This document shows positions 34,189 to 47,539 of a stretch of DNA of 64,000 bases, piece by piece (the first letter of the stretch is position 1; each line of letters begins with the position of its first letter). The notes beneath the pieces were generated by a model. The model ran no database searches, had not been told where the DNA came from, and was given only the letters and a program-made list of their open reading frames with translations. A program made the position numbers and the translations under genes. The DNA is from Hormiphora californensis (lineage: Eukaryota > Animalia > Ctenophora): NCBI GenBank assembly GCA_020137815.1, contig CM035356.1, positions 7,316,001-7,380,000 of the forward strand, written 5' to 3'.

Positions 34189-37165
34189 ATGTCCTTTATT
34201 AGCGAGCTGCGGGGTGTGGCAAGGGACGCCAGTGGCAAGAGATGTCTGTTCGCTATCCTGGCCACCTTTGCAGGTTTGTTCACTAGAGTCTAGATCCTCT
34301 CCCCGGAACTTATTCTGTTTAAATCCTATTTAATTCTCGGTTCCAATAACTCATTTTTCCAAATGGATCTCTCCCATCCTTACCCCCTCTCTCCAGGTAT
34401 ATTGGTTATGTTTTACTGGGTGTACTCAACGGGATCGCTAGCTCTTCGTGCCCTTACTTTTCTTACAATATTCGATTTCGCAAACCTTTGCACCGCCCTC
34501 GCATCAAGGTATGGATTGTGTGGCTCACACCGCGGTCTGTGAGGGTTCGGTAGATCAATACGCGGGTTATAGAATAGAAAATAGAAAATCCGTCACGTAA
34601 CCCCACAGATGGGAATTACATAACACACATCTTCCACAGATGGGCTGAAAAGAAGTTGCCGGATATGAAATTCACCTATGGTTTCTCACGAGTGGAGGTT
34701 CTAGCAGTGTTTTCAGCAACTCTACTCACTCAATTCCTGTCCTTTTTCATTATAAAAGAGGCGACACACCATCTACTAGAGGGACACGGACCAAGACCTG
34801 ACTCAATGCCTCTTGCAACTGCTTTCGGTAAGGAATGGGGGGGTAAGGATTCGTGGTTACTAGATTAGGATGGAATTAGGAGGAAGAGGCGCCCGAAGAG
34901 GCAAACTTATGCTTTCTGGAAAAAATAACATGACCGAGATGAATTACTCAATCTCATTATCTTTTCCCAGGTTTATGTTTACATTTTGGGGCAACATTGA
35001 CTGTAAAGAACCCGGCATACGAACATCTGGCCCGGGCATCACCTAGCAACTGGGTCCAGGATAGCGTCAATGATCTGGGTAAATAATTTAGGCCCATAAT
35101 TTAAAATTGATTAATAATTAAGTAAAAACTACTGTATTCTAAAATTTGAATTTGTTGTGGTGCCCCTCTCTGTAAACCTTCAATCTTTTTCCAACAACAA
35201 CATGCAACAGCTATCCCCAATCACGATATATCTCCTCCACTCAGGTAGCAGTCTATTTGGTTACGTTCCCCTTCTAGCTGGTGTATTTCTCCCTGGAAAG
35301 CCACTGAACCCTCTCGCCCTGGTAACATGTCTCTCTTCCTTCGGAGTGGGGCTATCCTACTACCTCGTTACGGCTTATGAGTTGCCTGGAGCCGATGCTG
35401 CGGTTGCTTTCCTCATCAGTTTCATTACCATAGCGACCCTTCTACCCATGACAGGTAAATAAAAAGGGAGTTTGTCTCACTACCACTGCTCGGGCTCTAA
35501 ACCGACACAAAACGAGAACAGAACATACGTAGGCCGCTAAGATAACTGTTATACCCAAATGTCAAATAAGTTTTTTGTAATGAGCCACAAATGCGGTATT
35601 GCATTGTCCAGTGTTCACGTCCAGTTAGTGTCCTATTTCAATCTTGGGACTGTGTGCTTGACAACATTATCCTCTCACTTGTGTGCCCCACACTGGGCGT
35701 GAGAGTGTTTGTGTTTCGTGTGCACACACTCACTTCTCCGGCTCTCTCTTCTTTGAGTTTGGCAGTGTATTGAGATCTGCCGTGCGGGGGAAGGGATATT
35801 GGAAACCTAATTAGGTGTTCTATCCCAAACACACAAGGAAAGTTTCTATTCGGAGTGGAGTGTATAAAAGCCGGGGAAGAGATGTTATGTTGCCTCGAAC
35901 GAGGTGGCGTGGTCTGCCCTCCTGCAGCGGGGGCGCCACGTCTAAAGCACTCTCTCTCCAGCTGTACATGTGTTACAAAGTGATTGTTTGTGTGAGAAAG
36001 CGTAGTTTCGTACCGAGCGAGGGCGGCTACTGAATGATTAAAAACTCTTTAGATCTGAATATAATATGAATGTTAAATGCGTCATCAGCTGATGATACGC
36101 GGATTGTAAGTGTGCAGCATCGCATGTGATCTGCCCAGGATTTCTAAGAAAAGGACCGACCAGGAGAGAACTCTCTCCACCACATTTTTGTACTTTTTTA
36201 CTATTTTTCGTCCACCGGAACAAGATTTTTAATATCTTCTCTGGCTGCTAATCTCACTTTCTCTCTCACACATACACGCCCTACTGTTCAACAGTGAAGG
36301 GGAAACATACAGCGGGCAGATCACGGTTGTGTGCGGCCCTCGCCAGATATTTTTCTAATCCACCCCTCTAATATAATAACTTTCATCATCAACTATCAGT
36401 ACTGTATGCATTGCGTACTATAGTCTATACTAACCCCCCCCCCTTAGTGTACACAGGAAAGGTACTGCTACAGACCACGCCAGCTCATCTCATCTCCAGT
36501 CTTGATAAGTGTCTTCGAGAGGCTGCAACTCTTGATGGAGTCTTGGAATTCAGGTGAATGATCATGTTCCTTGATTTAAACTACTCCTGACAGTACTGCC
36601 AATATCAAGTGTAATTTAACTAAATTACTCATTATATTTAGTTTCACTCAGCTCACACCTCCATATTTCTCAGGAACGAACATTTCTGGACGTTGACCTG
36701 GGGTGTGTTGGCGGGTACACTTGATGTCAGAGTTAGAAGAGATGCAAATGAACAGACCGTCTTAGCCGAGGTAGGATGTGTTATTTGTCTAACACCCAAC
36801 CCTTCTTTTTCACTGAAGAAGGGTCGGGTGCAGTCCCGTGCAGACTATAGAGGGAGCCAAACTATACATGGACTCTTACCATTCACTCGCTCGATCCATT
36901 CAGCACGTTTGGTGATTTCACTATTTCAGAGACCCTCACAACACCCTAACAACACCCTAACAACACCATAACAACACCCTAACAACTCCCCTCTTTTCAG
37001 GTCACCCACCGGCTCTCCCAGTATGTGACTCTACTAAACGTCCAGGTAGTTAAAGAGGAAACCCCCGCTCTCTTTACCACAGCTAATATCGCTAACAGGA
37101 CTTTCAAGCCTAAAATTGTGCCACGAACACCTTCTGCATTTGGTGTTAATGAAAAACTAATGTAA
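34189..37165 (+). CDS. SLC30A6: Zinc transporter ZnT6 (CDF family), multi-exon
   Basis: LTIFDF, FTYGFSRVEVLAVFS, VLLQTTP, LDKCLREAATLDGVLEFRNEHFWTL and VRVRRDANEQTVLAEVTHRL. Confidence 0.88.
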
Positions 37166-37753
37166 TTGGGAATGTTGTTATTTGTTGTGTTTCAGAGTGT
37201 GCGAGTTTATTTTTGTCGAATGTCTCCTATGATTTTGAGTTTTTGCATGTTTCAATGATTTGGAGTGTTTTCCTTTTCTATGTGTTGCTCCTGTCTGACT
37301 TATAGGGCTAGCTAGACTCAGGACTGAGCATCACAACTGGGTTTTGTCGGTGGACAAGGGTTCAATCCTGACTGCCCATGTCAGGCCAATGCTCTGACAG
37401 TGCAGTGACAGCACTGACAGGTCTGCCCTGAGATGAAACCAATTTTTTCGGTGTGTACGGAGAAGCGGCAAGGGTGCGCGCACTCGTGCTGACAACTGTG
37501 TGGTAACTACAGTTTGTGCTCCGCGCCCTACCGATATGGGGTGTGGGATTAGCAATTTGTGGCCCACATTCGGGCACCATGATTCACATGGAGTACAGCT
37601 CAGTGCAGGACCAGTCATTCAGTACCGGGCATAAAACAGGAAACAATACAGTTTATTCATTGCCAAATATAAGAAAATAAATTAACAATATAAAAACAAA
37701 ATAACATCGTATTGACTCAAATATATTGAATTCATAGATTCATAGACAATCGG

Positions 37754-40700
37754 TTAAAAAGTATGTGATACAGGCAGGACCCACTTCTTCTTCCCTAACA
37801 ACTCAATAAGATCTTTCAAAAGAGGATTATTGTTCAGTGTAGAACTGTTCCCAACTAGAATCAGCTTGCTCCTTGCTCGAGTTAGAATAACATTTAGTCG
37901 ACTCTTATCCTTTAGCAGCTCGCCAACTTTTCCTTCTTTATTACTCCTGAGAAGAGGATCTAGTTTTAGTTTAGAGAAATTCTCTAATGGAATTCGTAAA
38001 TCGATGTGTCTAAATGCAGTCTTGTACTCCGTAAAAGATACTCTTTTGAGCTCAGGAAAGGTAGAGAGAAGTCGGAAGAAGAGACCTACCGTGTGAGAGA
38101 TACAATGATGCATTCTTTGTCCCTGCCCTGGGCCCTGTCTGCAGTTAGCACCTCAATTCCGGAGGGAAGAGTCCGAGATAGCAACTCTAATTGGCCGTTA
38201 TAGGGACTTATCACACCTGGTGGTAAGTCTAATTAGGAGATTTCAGGTTGTTTAAATTATAAAATACTCCTGACGGGAGATGATTCAGTAGGTCTGATTA
38301 GGAGATGGTTTGAGCAGTATAAAACACTGAGATGATTAACATGTGCAGTCAATAACAACCTTGATCGAGGGTTTTACGGTGTTTACTCCAATATTTTGTG
38401 GAACTGAAAAAAAACATTTTCTTGCCTATCTGATTGGTAGTGATAGATCCAGAAGAGAGAAGTGTTGTGACTAGGGTACTGACTAGCCCACATTCCTGAG
38501 TGTTATCATAGGACCCTCCCGGACATTGCCGCTCCAGACTACTTTCCAAATCCAGGAATATTACTCGTGTTGAGGGGTGGAGTGCCCTGGGAGAGAGGGT
38601 AGTTAGTTTTCCTGTGTTATTGGCTGTGTTATTAGAGTGGATAAAGGAACCGCGACAGGCAACAATTGCTCAGAGAATTGTAAATTGTTAGAACTTCAAG
38701 GTAAAATAGTTGTCTTATTGATTGTCAGACACTGACTGTACAATTGTGTACATCGCGCAACCTCGATGGACGTACTCGCTACGCGGCCTCACGTAGCCGC
38801 ACCGGGCCGAAGGCCCGGTGCGAAGAGGACGGTCTTATATGAGACAACTTATTGATTGAGAATGTGGGAACTGGGAAAAGAGTTGTTTTAGAATGTGGAA
38901 TATAATATATTTCCAACTTACCTCTTAACAAAATAAGGCATGGTATCACTACCCGGCAGTTTAACATCCATCCTTCGGCTGGCAAGCTCCTCTGACGCAC
39001 AACTCAACTTTCCACCGTACACCAAAGTGTTAGATAGTAGCATGACGTCCTTACACATACGATACTGTACCGCCAGACTGGCTGATCCTGCACCCAATCT
39101 TTCAAACAAACTGTGGGAATATAGGGGCAGGTGAGAAGCTGGAGACACGGTGTTACATGGTCGGATCAACTTTTCTGCTGAACACTCACAGAACAAAATG
39201 CAGTGTGAGCTACACAACCCTATCTTAGCTTGGAAGTGCGAAGATGGAAAATGGGTACAGTGACACCTGACAGAGAAAATGTTTGACATTACCTGACTGA
39301 GAGACCATCAGACCGTGCTTTCTTGTTCTGAACGAGGGGAGGAAGTTGCTCACAATCACCAACTAGAATACACCTGAAGAGTTGGGAGTATTGGGAGACG
39401 GGAGTTCATTGGGAAATGGGAGTTAGAGGAATGAGGGTTGTTGGGGTGGGGGGTTCCAACCAATTTTTTGTATTTTTTTGTATTGTTTTGTACGGGCCAT
39501 ACACAAAAATATCCAAAATTCTTGTTTTTTTTTTCGTACAAACAATACAAAAAATATTTAAGGATATGGGTGGCGGATGCCTGATATTAATACACTAGCG
39601 CACCCATTGGGTGCACCTCAAGTAAGGCCTTTTGATAACCCACCCGGCTTCGCCGGTTGGTTCTTTTCGCCCTTTCAACGTGAATAACACGGTTGTCATG
39701 GCAACTGAATTGGTAACTATAGGGACTGGCAAGTTAAAATTCATTCGAAAATATCAACAAACTTCCACTGGAAGTTCCAAAAGTGTGAGCAACAGCTTTA
39801 CAGCTTTGGGCACATGAAGTATTTTATGAAGGAGCAGCCTGTCGCTTAGATACCGCTGAACGAACGACTTCGACTTCGACGTTCATCTCCAAATTATAAT
39901 AGAGACTAGCGCACCCATTGGGTGCGCCTTAAGTAAGGGCTTTTTGACAATCCACCCGGCTTCGCCGGGTGGTTCTTTTCGTCACTTTCAACGTGCAAAA
40001 CGGTTGCCATGGCAACTGGAGTGGTAACTATGGGGACTGAATTGTTGAAATTCATTCGAAAATATCAACAAACTTCCACTGGAAGTTCCAAAAGTGTGAG
40101 CAACAGCTTTACAGCTTTGGGCACATTGCAAGTTTTTATGAAGGAGCACTGTCGCTTAGATACCGCTGAACGAACGACCACCACGTCGTTCATCTCCAAA
40201 TTATAATAGAGACTAGCGCACCCACCGGGTGCGCCTCAAGCACGGTCTATTGACAAACCACCCGGCTCCACCGGGTGGCCTTCTTAATTCATATAATAGT
40301 TAACGCCAAAATTATGGTTGCCATGGCAACTGAAACGGTAACTATGGGGACTGAACCCGGACTGAATTGTTAAAATTTATCCGAAAGTATTCACAAACTC
40401 CCAAAAGTGTGAGCAACAGCTTTACAGCTTTGGGCACATAAAGTGTTTTATGAAGGAGCAGCTTGTCGCTTAGATACCGCTGAACGAACGACTTCGACCA
40501 CGACGTTCATCTCCAAATTATAATAGAGATAGTTACTAAAACACAAGGATCTCTATTATAATTTGGAGATGAACGTCGAAGTCGAAGTCGTTCGTTAGGC
40601 GGTATCTAAGCGACAGACTGCTCCTTCATAAAACACTTTATGTGACCAAAGCTGTAAAGCTGTTACTCACACTTTTGGAACTTCCAGTGAAAGTTTGTCA

Positions 40701-43700
40701 TTATTTTCGAATAACTTTTAACATGCCAGTCCCCATAGTTACCAATTCAGTTGCCATGGCAACCGTGTTATTGACGTTGAAGGGGGCGAAAAGAACCACC
40801 CGGCGAAGCCGGGTGGGTTATCAAAAAGCCCTTACTTGAGGCGCACCCAATGGGTGCGCTAGTTATTTATATTCCGAATTTTAAACCAGAGTGGTTGCAT
40901 GAGAACTACCTAGCTTGGAATTTCAAAATCAATAAAAATCTTTTTATAGGATCTCGTTTTTGGGAACCTTCGGTCATTAAAAGATAATTAAATTATGCCC
41001 TCTCCCGGGTTTTCATCATGTAGATCTCTTTAGCTTTCCATCCCTTTCCCCCTCCCCCATCGTTGATATCCCTGGTAGAGGTGTCAGTTTCAAAAAGAAG
41101 GGGGTCACCTTTCAAGTGGGTGCATATTATATACAGTCGGACCCCGATTTACCGGGATGCTCGGGGGAAAGGGTTTTGTCCGGTAAATCGGGGTGCCCGG
41201 TATATCGGGGTCAAATCGTTATTTTCGTATAATATCGGGGAAAGTAAATTGGGGTTCCGGTAAGTAATTGGTAAATCGGGGCCCGGTAAATCCGACTTTA
41301 GCAGTACATACCACCTTGGAACGTTTTTAGTTCCATTGTGATGCATTTTATTCCCGTTTATACATGTTTTTGAAATTTGAAAAATCAAACATTATTGATT
41401 GAGATTTCGAAAATTTTGAATATAAAATTTATTATATTAGGTCATTCGGTAAATATCTGGACAGGTATGTTTGTGAGAGAACGGAGCTAGATAGAGCCAA
41501 TCGACCTGTTCCAATTTGCGATACAATTATGAACATGAACTATAGTTTCAACGATCAGAAAAGCTTTGTTTAATCATTTATTCCCTGTTTTAATTGTTTG
41601 TATTTTTTGTAACTTTTGTTTGAGGAAAAACCAGTTTTTTTCATACAACAATACAAAAAATAGGTTGGAACCCCCCCTCCCCCCGGGTTGTTGCAAACAT
41701 CTAACTAAAAAACAAGACCATGTTAATTTACCTATCAGCGTGTATAAGAGGTCCAAGACTGATAGGTTGTGTTATCTGAGACGCCTCGTCAATAATGCAG
41801 TAATCAAAGGAGCGTAACTCGAACAGTCTGTGCCGAATACCAAGGCAAGTGGACGCGACGACCTCTGAGAGAATGGACTTGATAAAAAACACTGAAAAAA
41901 TAACACCGGAAAACCTTTTTTGGGTTAGCTTGACTTTATTCTACACGCAAATAAAACGGGAAATGGAGGCAATGAAAACCTTCCATGCTCAGAATACAAC
42001 GGGAATAAATAAAATAATAAAATGGGAAATGGAGGCCAAGAAAACCTTCCATGCTCAAAATCAGGAACCGACCGAATCAGGAAATCCTGGTCCCTGATTG
42101 GCTGATAACCAGTCACGTGACCTAAATAACGAGTTCTGATTGGCTGTTTACTTGTTTCGGTCGGTTCATGCTCAAAATATAACTTACTGATATTTTTGTA
42201 AAACTCCCTAAGCTCCAGTGGGTCTGATATTCCTGAAGTTAAAGCTGAGTCTGTCATATGTTGGACATTCTTGTGGACCTTTCCACTGGCTCCCAGTCTG
42301 AGAAAATACTGTTGTAACAATATTTGTAAAGGTGAGAATACCCCGAATAAGCTATAATAAAAGCCATTGAACCTCACCAGACCTCAAAACACCGTTAACC
42401 CCGATGTACCTTCTCACGAGTATGACCATATATGGTCATGTCCGGTAAATCTAGTTGTACCTGAGAACGGGTAAGGTGGAGGGTAGTTTTAGGAGGATAT
42501 TATCGACAGCAGTGTGAGTGTAGGCTGTAAGGAGGACTGAGTAACCTTGTGACACCAGCACCTCCACCAAACACGCAACAGTAGTTGTTTTACCTGAGGG
42601 TGTATGGATAGAGCATCGAGAAAGACAAGGGATAGGGGAGTAGTGTATAGATAGAGTATCGAGCAAGACAAGGGATAGGGGTGTGGATTGCCTAGCTAGA
42701 CTGTGTTTCGGGCGCCCCGCCCTCGAAACACAAAATTTAAAAGAGGGTTAGAACATAACAAGGTGTGGAGAGTATTGAACACATGGCAACGGGATTTTTT
42801 AGTGTTACTGTTTTTATGCTAGTTTTTGTTGAAATACCTAGTAACAACACCGAAAGGAAAAGTGGAATATTGAGAAAGAAAGGTGGGAAGTATATCTTAC
42901 CAGTTCCAGGCATTCCTTGTACACACAAATAATCCTCCGTCACCAGAGCCCTCTCAATCACCCTCCTCTGGTCATCATTCAGACTATCCGGTAACTGGAT
43001 ATCCACTTGCTCTTCCCGAAACACAGCCTTCCTCCCCTCCACAACCAACCCCCTCCACTTGGTAACCCTCTCACTAGGTCCCATTAGGGAGGTCAGGTTG
43101 GATAACCCAATGTGAAGTGAGGAGTGGCTTCTGTGAGGTGTTATCCGGTAGTAACACGCGCTATCCCGGTGATGGGGACTCTTACTTAGGTCTGTTGCCA
43201 GGGTTACGGAAATGCTGGACGGTGTGACGTCACCAGTAACAAACCCAGATGCTATGTTGTAGATGGAGCGATTTGGGAGGTTTACTATCACATAGTCACC
43301 CTTTGAGAACAGTCGCTCTCCTATAACGCCAGTAAAGTTGTGTATTCCATCTGTTACGGAGGACAGAGTCAGATTCCCCGATCTAGGACAAGTGTCATCC
43401 CACGGCATTCTAGTTTTACCCGCATCAGCCTCAACCAGACTCAGGTTAACAAACTTTGAATAGTACTCCAAGTCTGGGGCGGATAGATTCTCAGTCAGAC
43501 TAGATAGTATCTCAGGAAGGGGAGGATCTTTTGTTTTCTGAGATTTGTAGCTGGCTGAACATGCCAACTGTTGGCTACAATACTCGCACGTCATCTTATT
43601 GTTGATAATCGGTGGTAACTGACCACTCGTTACCGCTGAGTGTAGCGCCCTCTGCTACTTCATTTCTCCGCATCAGTAGAGCTCGTCGTTCAGCCCGGGA

Positions 43701-44880
43701 ACTAGCGACCCCGACTGTTTGTTGTCCCTTCACATACCACAACAAACCACCCTGGACCGCTTCTTTGTATCGCTCCTCTAACAAGCATGGTGTAATATGA
43801 TGACCTGGCCCCTGTGGTCCACACTACCCATGGGATTCCTAGCAGCACCTGATTTAACTTCCAGGGGCAAGAGTTTAGAAGGGGTGGATCCGGACAGTAG
43901 CATCAACCTTACCCTTACACCCCAACCTTGGAGACCATATACTTTCCTCAATGTCCAGGATTTTAGAAACACTAACAGTGTTCAGTTGTTTGTTGCCCAA
44001 AACTCACACCCTTCCCTCGCCCTGATACCATCTCACCTACCCCAGTTGGTAATGAGAGGGAGATACTCTCTGAGCTTAGTCATCATTTCATCCTTACTGA
44101 TGCCAAGAGAGCACAAGTTTTCAACAATCTCTCTGCTATCCAAGGCTAATTGGCATTCAGAGAGTAGGAAGGTTGGGGAGAAGTCTTGGGTTTGTAATGC
44201 TCGTTCTAGGATTGAGTGAATGAGGGTTCCTCGGAGCATTACTTCATTTGCTTCACCACTTCCATGTTTGAACACCTGCAATGATATCATCATTCAGGTG
44301 ATTTTTGTGGTAAAACCTGTAGAAACTAGGTAAACAAAGTTACTGTTGCAGTTGGACCCCGATTTTTCCTGGATGCTCAGCAGAAAGGGTTTTGCCCGCC
44401 CGGGAAATTAGGGTCTAACTTTTCTACAACTTATTAACCCAAATATATTACCTCGGTAAGAACAGATTGTCGGAGGCACCGTATGCTACTGGAAACCGTA
44501 GTGGGTGAAACTAACACATCAGGATGTGTTATGATCAGAGCATCCGAATCATTGTCAATCACTCTATCAACTGGCAGTCCAATAACATTAATCCTCGTTC
44601 CAATCGTAAAACTACAATAAAACCACTCTCCTGACACCCGTAATTCAATCGTGCTCTTCTCCACAGTCTCGCAGGTGAGCACTTTTGTGTAACCCTCTGT
44701 TGTAACACCCTGGATAGTGAGCTTCTGGCAGGCAGCCAAACTACCGAACATTTTCCCCAGATTTTGAATGATGATGTCATCATCATCGGAGTCAGAGAAC
44801 ATATCATCGTCACTTCCACTGATTTTGGGACGTTTTCCATCTCTCGTACCGGGTGGATGGTTTGATATTCGCTTTGACAT
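37754..44880 (-). CDS. DNA2: DNA2 nuclease/helicase (multi-exon; local frameshifts at ~43.65-43.9 kb)
   Basis: [49 protein letters not shown] (Fe-S Cys), [55 protein letters not shown]...QYRM and [17 protein letters not shown]. Confidence 0.92.
39595..40529 (-). mobile_element. Three head-to-tail copies of a ~310-bp non-autonomous Helitron (39595-39905, 39906-40212, 40213-40529)
   Basis: On the minus strand each unit starts TCTCTATTATAA and ends with a GCGCACCC...GGGTGCG-type hairpin plus CTAG. Junctions read CTAG|TC and the array sits between host A and T. Confidence 0.85.
40550..40862 (+). mobile_element. Fourth copy of the same Helitron, inverted
   Basis: A|TCTCTATTATAATTTGG...GCGCACCCAATGGGTGCGCTAG|T. 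Confidence 0.87.
42696..42760 (-). repeat. Short dispersed repeat (CTAGACTGTGTTTCGGG...GAGGGTTAGAAC), possibly a Helitron 3' end; related pieces at ~8620-8650, ~49800 and ~60630-60708
   Basis: The same motifs recur at four sites. On the minus strand a GTGTTTCG...CGAAACAC hairpin precedes AGTCTAG. Confidence 0.55.
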
Positions 44881-45021
44881 TTCTCCTTTCTGCAAAGATA
44901 ACATATATTGGTGAGGTGTAATGTGGAATAAATGCGGGAAAAAGGAGATTTATTGGCAATCTTAAACTCTCGAATAAAATGTTCTGTCACAATGAATTTC
45001 TCCCAACAAAAACAACATTTT

Positions 45022-45844
45022 CTATCCATCATCGCTCTCCATCGCCAGATCAATTTGTTCGAAATATCTGCAAATCAGTATAAAAATGATGGTAAAAGGA
45101 AGGGAGTCTGTGTTATCTGTTGTGGTCGATGTTTGTCCCAACTTCCTACATCTCCTTCCAATACTCCTAGAAGGGGGAGAATTGATATTAGAAGTCTTTT
45201 CAAGTTATTAAATTAAATTAAATTAAATTTTCAAATGTAGTCACAGTTTATTGGCTGATTTAAAAACTAAAACTGCTGTATATGACTCACCTTAGTATAG
45301 ACATGTAGTCCATGGGAACAGGTTTATCCACCACAGCCAAAAGTGCAAATACCCATGATGCAACTGAGCCTGGAACTCTCGATTCAACATCCGACGACAG
45401 ACATATATCACCCACATACTCGAGTAAGTCAAAAACAAAAGTTTGGGTAAGAGCTAGAATGATTGATAAACTGGGTGGTTCATCAAACAGTTTCTTACAT
45501 TTCTCCATCCTTGCTCCGTGCACTACCTTGTTAGGATAAAGTTTCTGCATTCGACAGCAGTATTGCCGTGTTTGGGAGAAATTCTTGAGTTGCTTATTGA
45601 TAAACTGTTCACTGATGTCCTTTAAAAATGACCTCGTGTTGGTAACGGGCGGAGGAGTCGGTTGGGTGTATGTAAATTTGGACCTGTCCACTGACATAAC
45701 GTCCGGGATTTGTTTCGCTTGACGGTGCACCTGGGAAAGGTATTCTAGTCCATCCTGAGGCTTGCTGCTAGTTGAGAGGACTGGACCTATGGGCAGGGCA
45801 TGACGGAGCATTGAGTCTGACTCCGAGTTGGCATCGTCATTCAT
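45022..45844 (-). CDS. GEMIN2: Gem-associated protein 2 (SMN complex); exons 45844-45291 and 45166-45022
   Basis: PQDGLEYLSQVHRQAKQIPDV and WVFALLAVVDKP; second exon reads SIGRRCR...LICRYFEQIDLA. Confidence 0.85.
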
Positions 45845-45909
45845 TTCTTGGTTACCTAGAAGATATTATTGTGAAAGTGAGGTGTCCCTGCCAATTTGTA
45901 AAGCTTCGC

Positions 45910-46903
45910 GATATCGGTGGTCAGTCAACAACAACATGAAACTCCACGAAGATAAGTTTCAACTGGTTAATTATTCGCTTGGTAGGTCAAAGCTGTTGAG
46001 AGAACTGCCCTTCACTGCAGAAACGTTATCATATGTTACAATGGGAGGAACCGTGGTCGATCCAGAGCAGCATGTAAAGGACTTGGGGGTCTGGCTATCT
46101 GCAGATGGTACATGGACTCATCATATTGGCGATATTTTGAGGAGAGCTAACATGATTTCAGGGTGGATATTCTGAGCATTCAGGAGTAGGACACCAGAAG
46201 TACTACTAACCTTGTACAAGGCGTTAGTTCGACCCATACTGGAATATTGTTGCCTGGTGTGGTATCCAACCAAAATCGGAGATATCCAGGCGGTGGAAAA
46301 CGTTCAACGGGCGTTCACCCGGAAGATACAAGGGATGAAGGATCTGGACTATTGGCAGCGTCTTGAGGCGCTTGACCTCATGTCCCTTCAAAGGAGACGC
46401 CAAAGATATGAGTTAATCCACGTTTGGAAGATCTATCAGGGCCTTGTCCCCAATTGTGTTGAAATGGAGTTCCAGACGGGTCGGTTGGGAGTACAGGCAA
46501 AAACCCAGAAATATCCATACTGGGCAGAAGCCAAACGGGCCAGCCAACTATATAACTCCTTCAGCTTTAGGGCACCTCGGTTATGGAACAAACTCCCTAA
46601 AGAGGTTAATCGTTCAGAAACACTTCCCGGGTTCAAGGCAAACCTTGGTGCGTTCATGAAGGAATTCCATGACAGACCACCGGTGCGTGGCTATATGACA
46701 GTCCTTAATGAGTTCAGCGATGCAGAAAGGAAGACCGTTATGTGAAGCTGTAATTGTTGTTTGCTGCTGACGCTGTTTGTGTTTTACTTTGAGTAAGAGA
46801 CTGTAAATAGACATTTTGACAAAGGAGGACCCACGAGATGGGAATTTCTGCACTATATGTTTGTATTGTGTGTAATTTATTTGAATTTGAATTTGAATTT
46901 GAA
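45910..46903 (+). mobile_element. 5'-truncated CR1/L2-type LINE 3' end with a (TTTGAA)n tail and one in-frame stop
   Basis: WSVNNNMKLHEDK, VKDLGVWLS, YKALVRPILEYCCLVWYP, LMSLQRRR and RLWNKLP. In-frame TGA at 46173-46175. Tail at 46880-46903. Confidence 0.9.
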
Positions 46904-47539
46904 TATCCTACAAAGCCCGTTTTGCTCCTCAAAACAAAACAAAGCAGAAAGAAGAATTTTTTAACTTCATGTTTTAGAAATTTAAAATTTTCAGTTTTTG
47001 CAGGCCAGAAAATTTATCTGGATCTGATCACACGCGACGTGATCACGTTTTAATTTCGCGCGTTACGTTTATTTTGGATTTTGCAGCGCATGAGCATAAC
47101 GCGCAGCACGTCGAATCAGTTCGATCGGGTTGTTTGCGGAGTGAAACATTCCACGATCTCTCTCAGACTCACGCTGTTGGTGGAGCTGTTAACAAGATAT
47201 TACCAATTAGCATAATCTGAGGAATTAGTCAACTAATTGATAGTTAATCCAGCTATTGACTTCATTTTGAGATGTTATCTCTCTCTTTCCCCAGGCTCTG
47301 GGAACTGTGTCACCGCTGGAGAAGTGATCTGAGCACGAGGACCGAGGGTTGTGAGCATTTAACCTGCGCGTCAGGTCTTCTCCGCGCGCTCTCTTCTTCC
47401 CTCCTCCCGACCTCTCTCCCCTCTCTCTCGAGCGAGAGATGGCAGTTCTTTGTGTGTGAGTGTGTGCTCAACGTTGCTACTGTTCAGCCTCCTGTTGTAG
47501 TCATCTCTCTGCTCTCTCTGCGTGTGTGCTGTTGCGGCC

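Noticed and set aside
35576-35976. Possible solo LTR (TGTAA...TTACA with a TATA-like motif) in an SLC30A6 intron
   Set aside because: No matching TSD and no second copy in the window.
46173-46175. In-frame TGA as possible selenocysteine or readthrough
   Set aside because: It lies in a truncated LINE and is best explained as a nonsense mutation (likely CGA to TGA).
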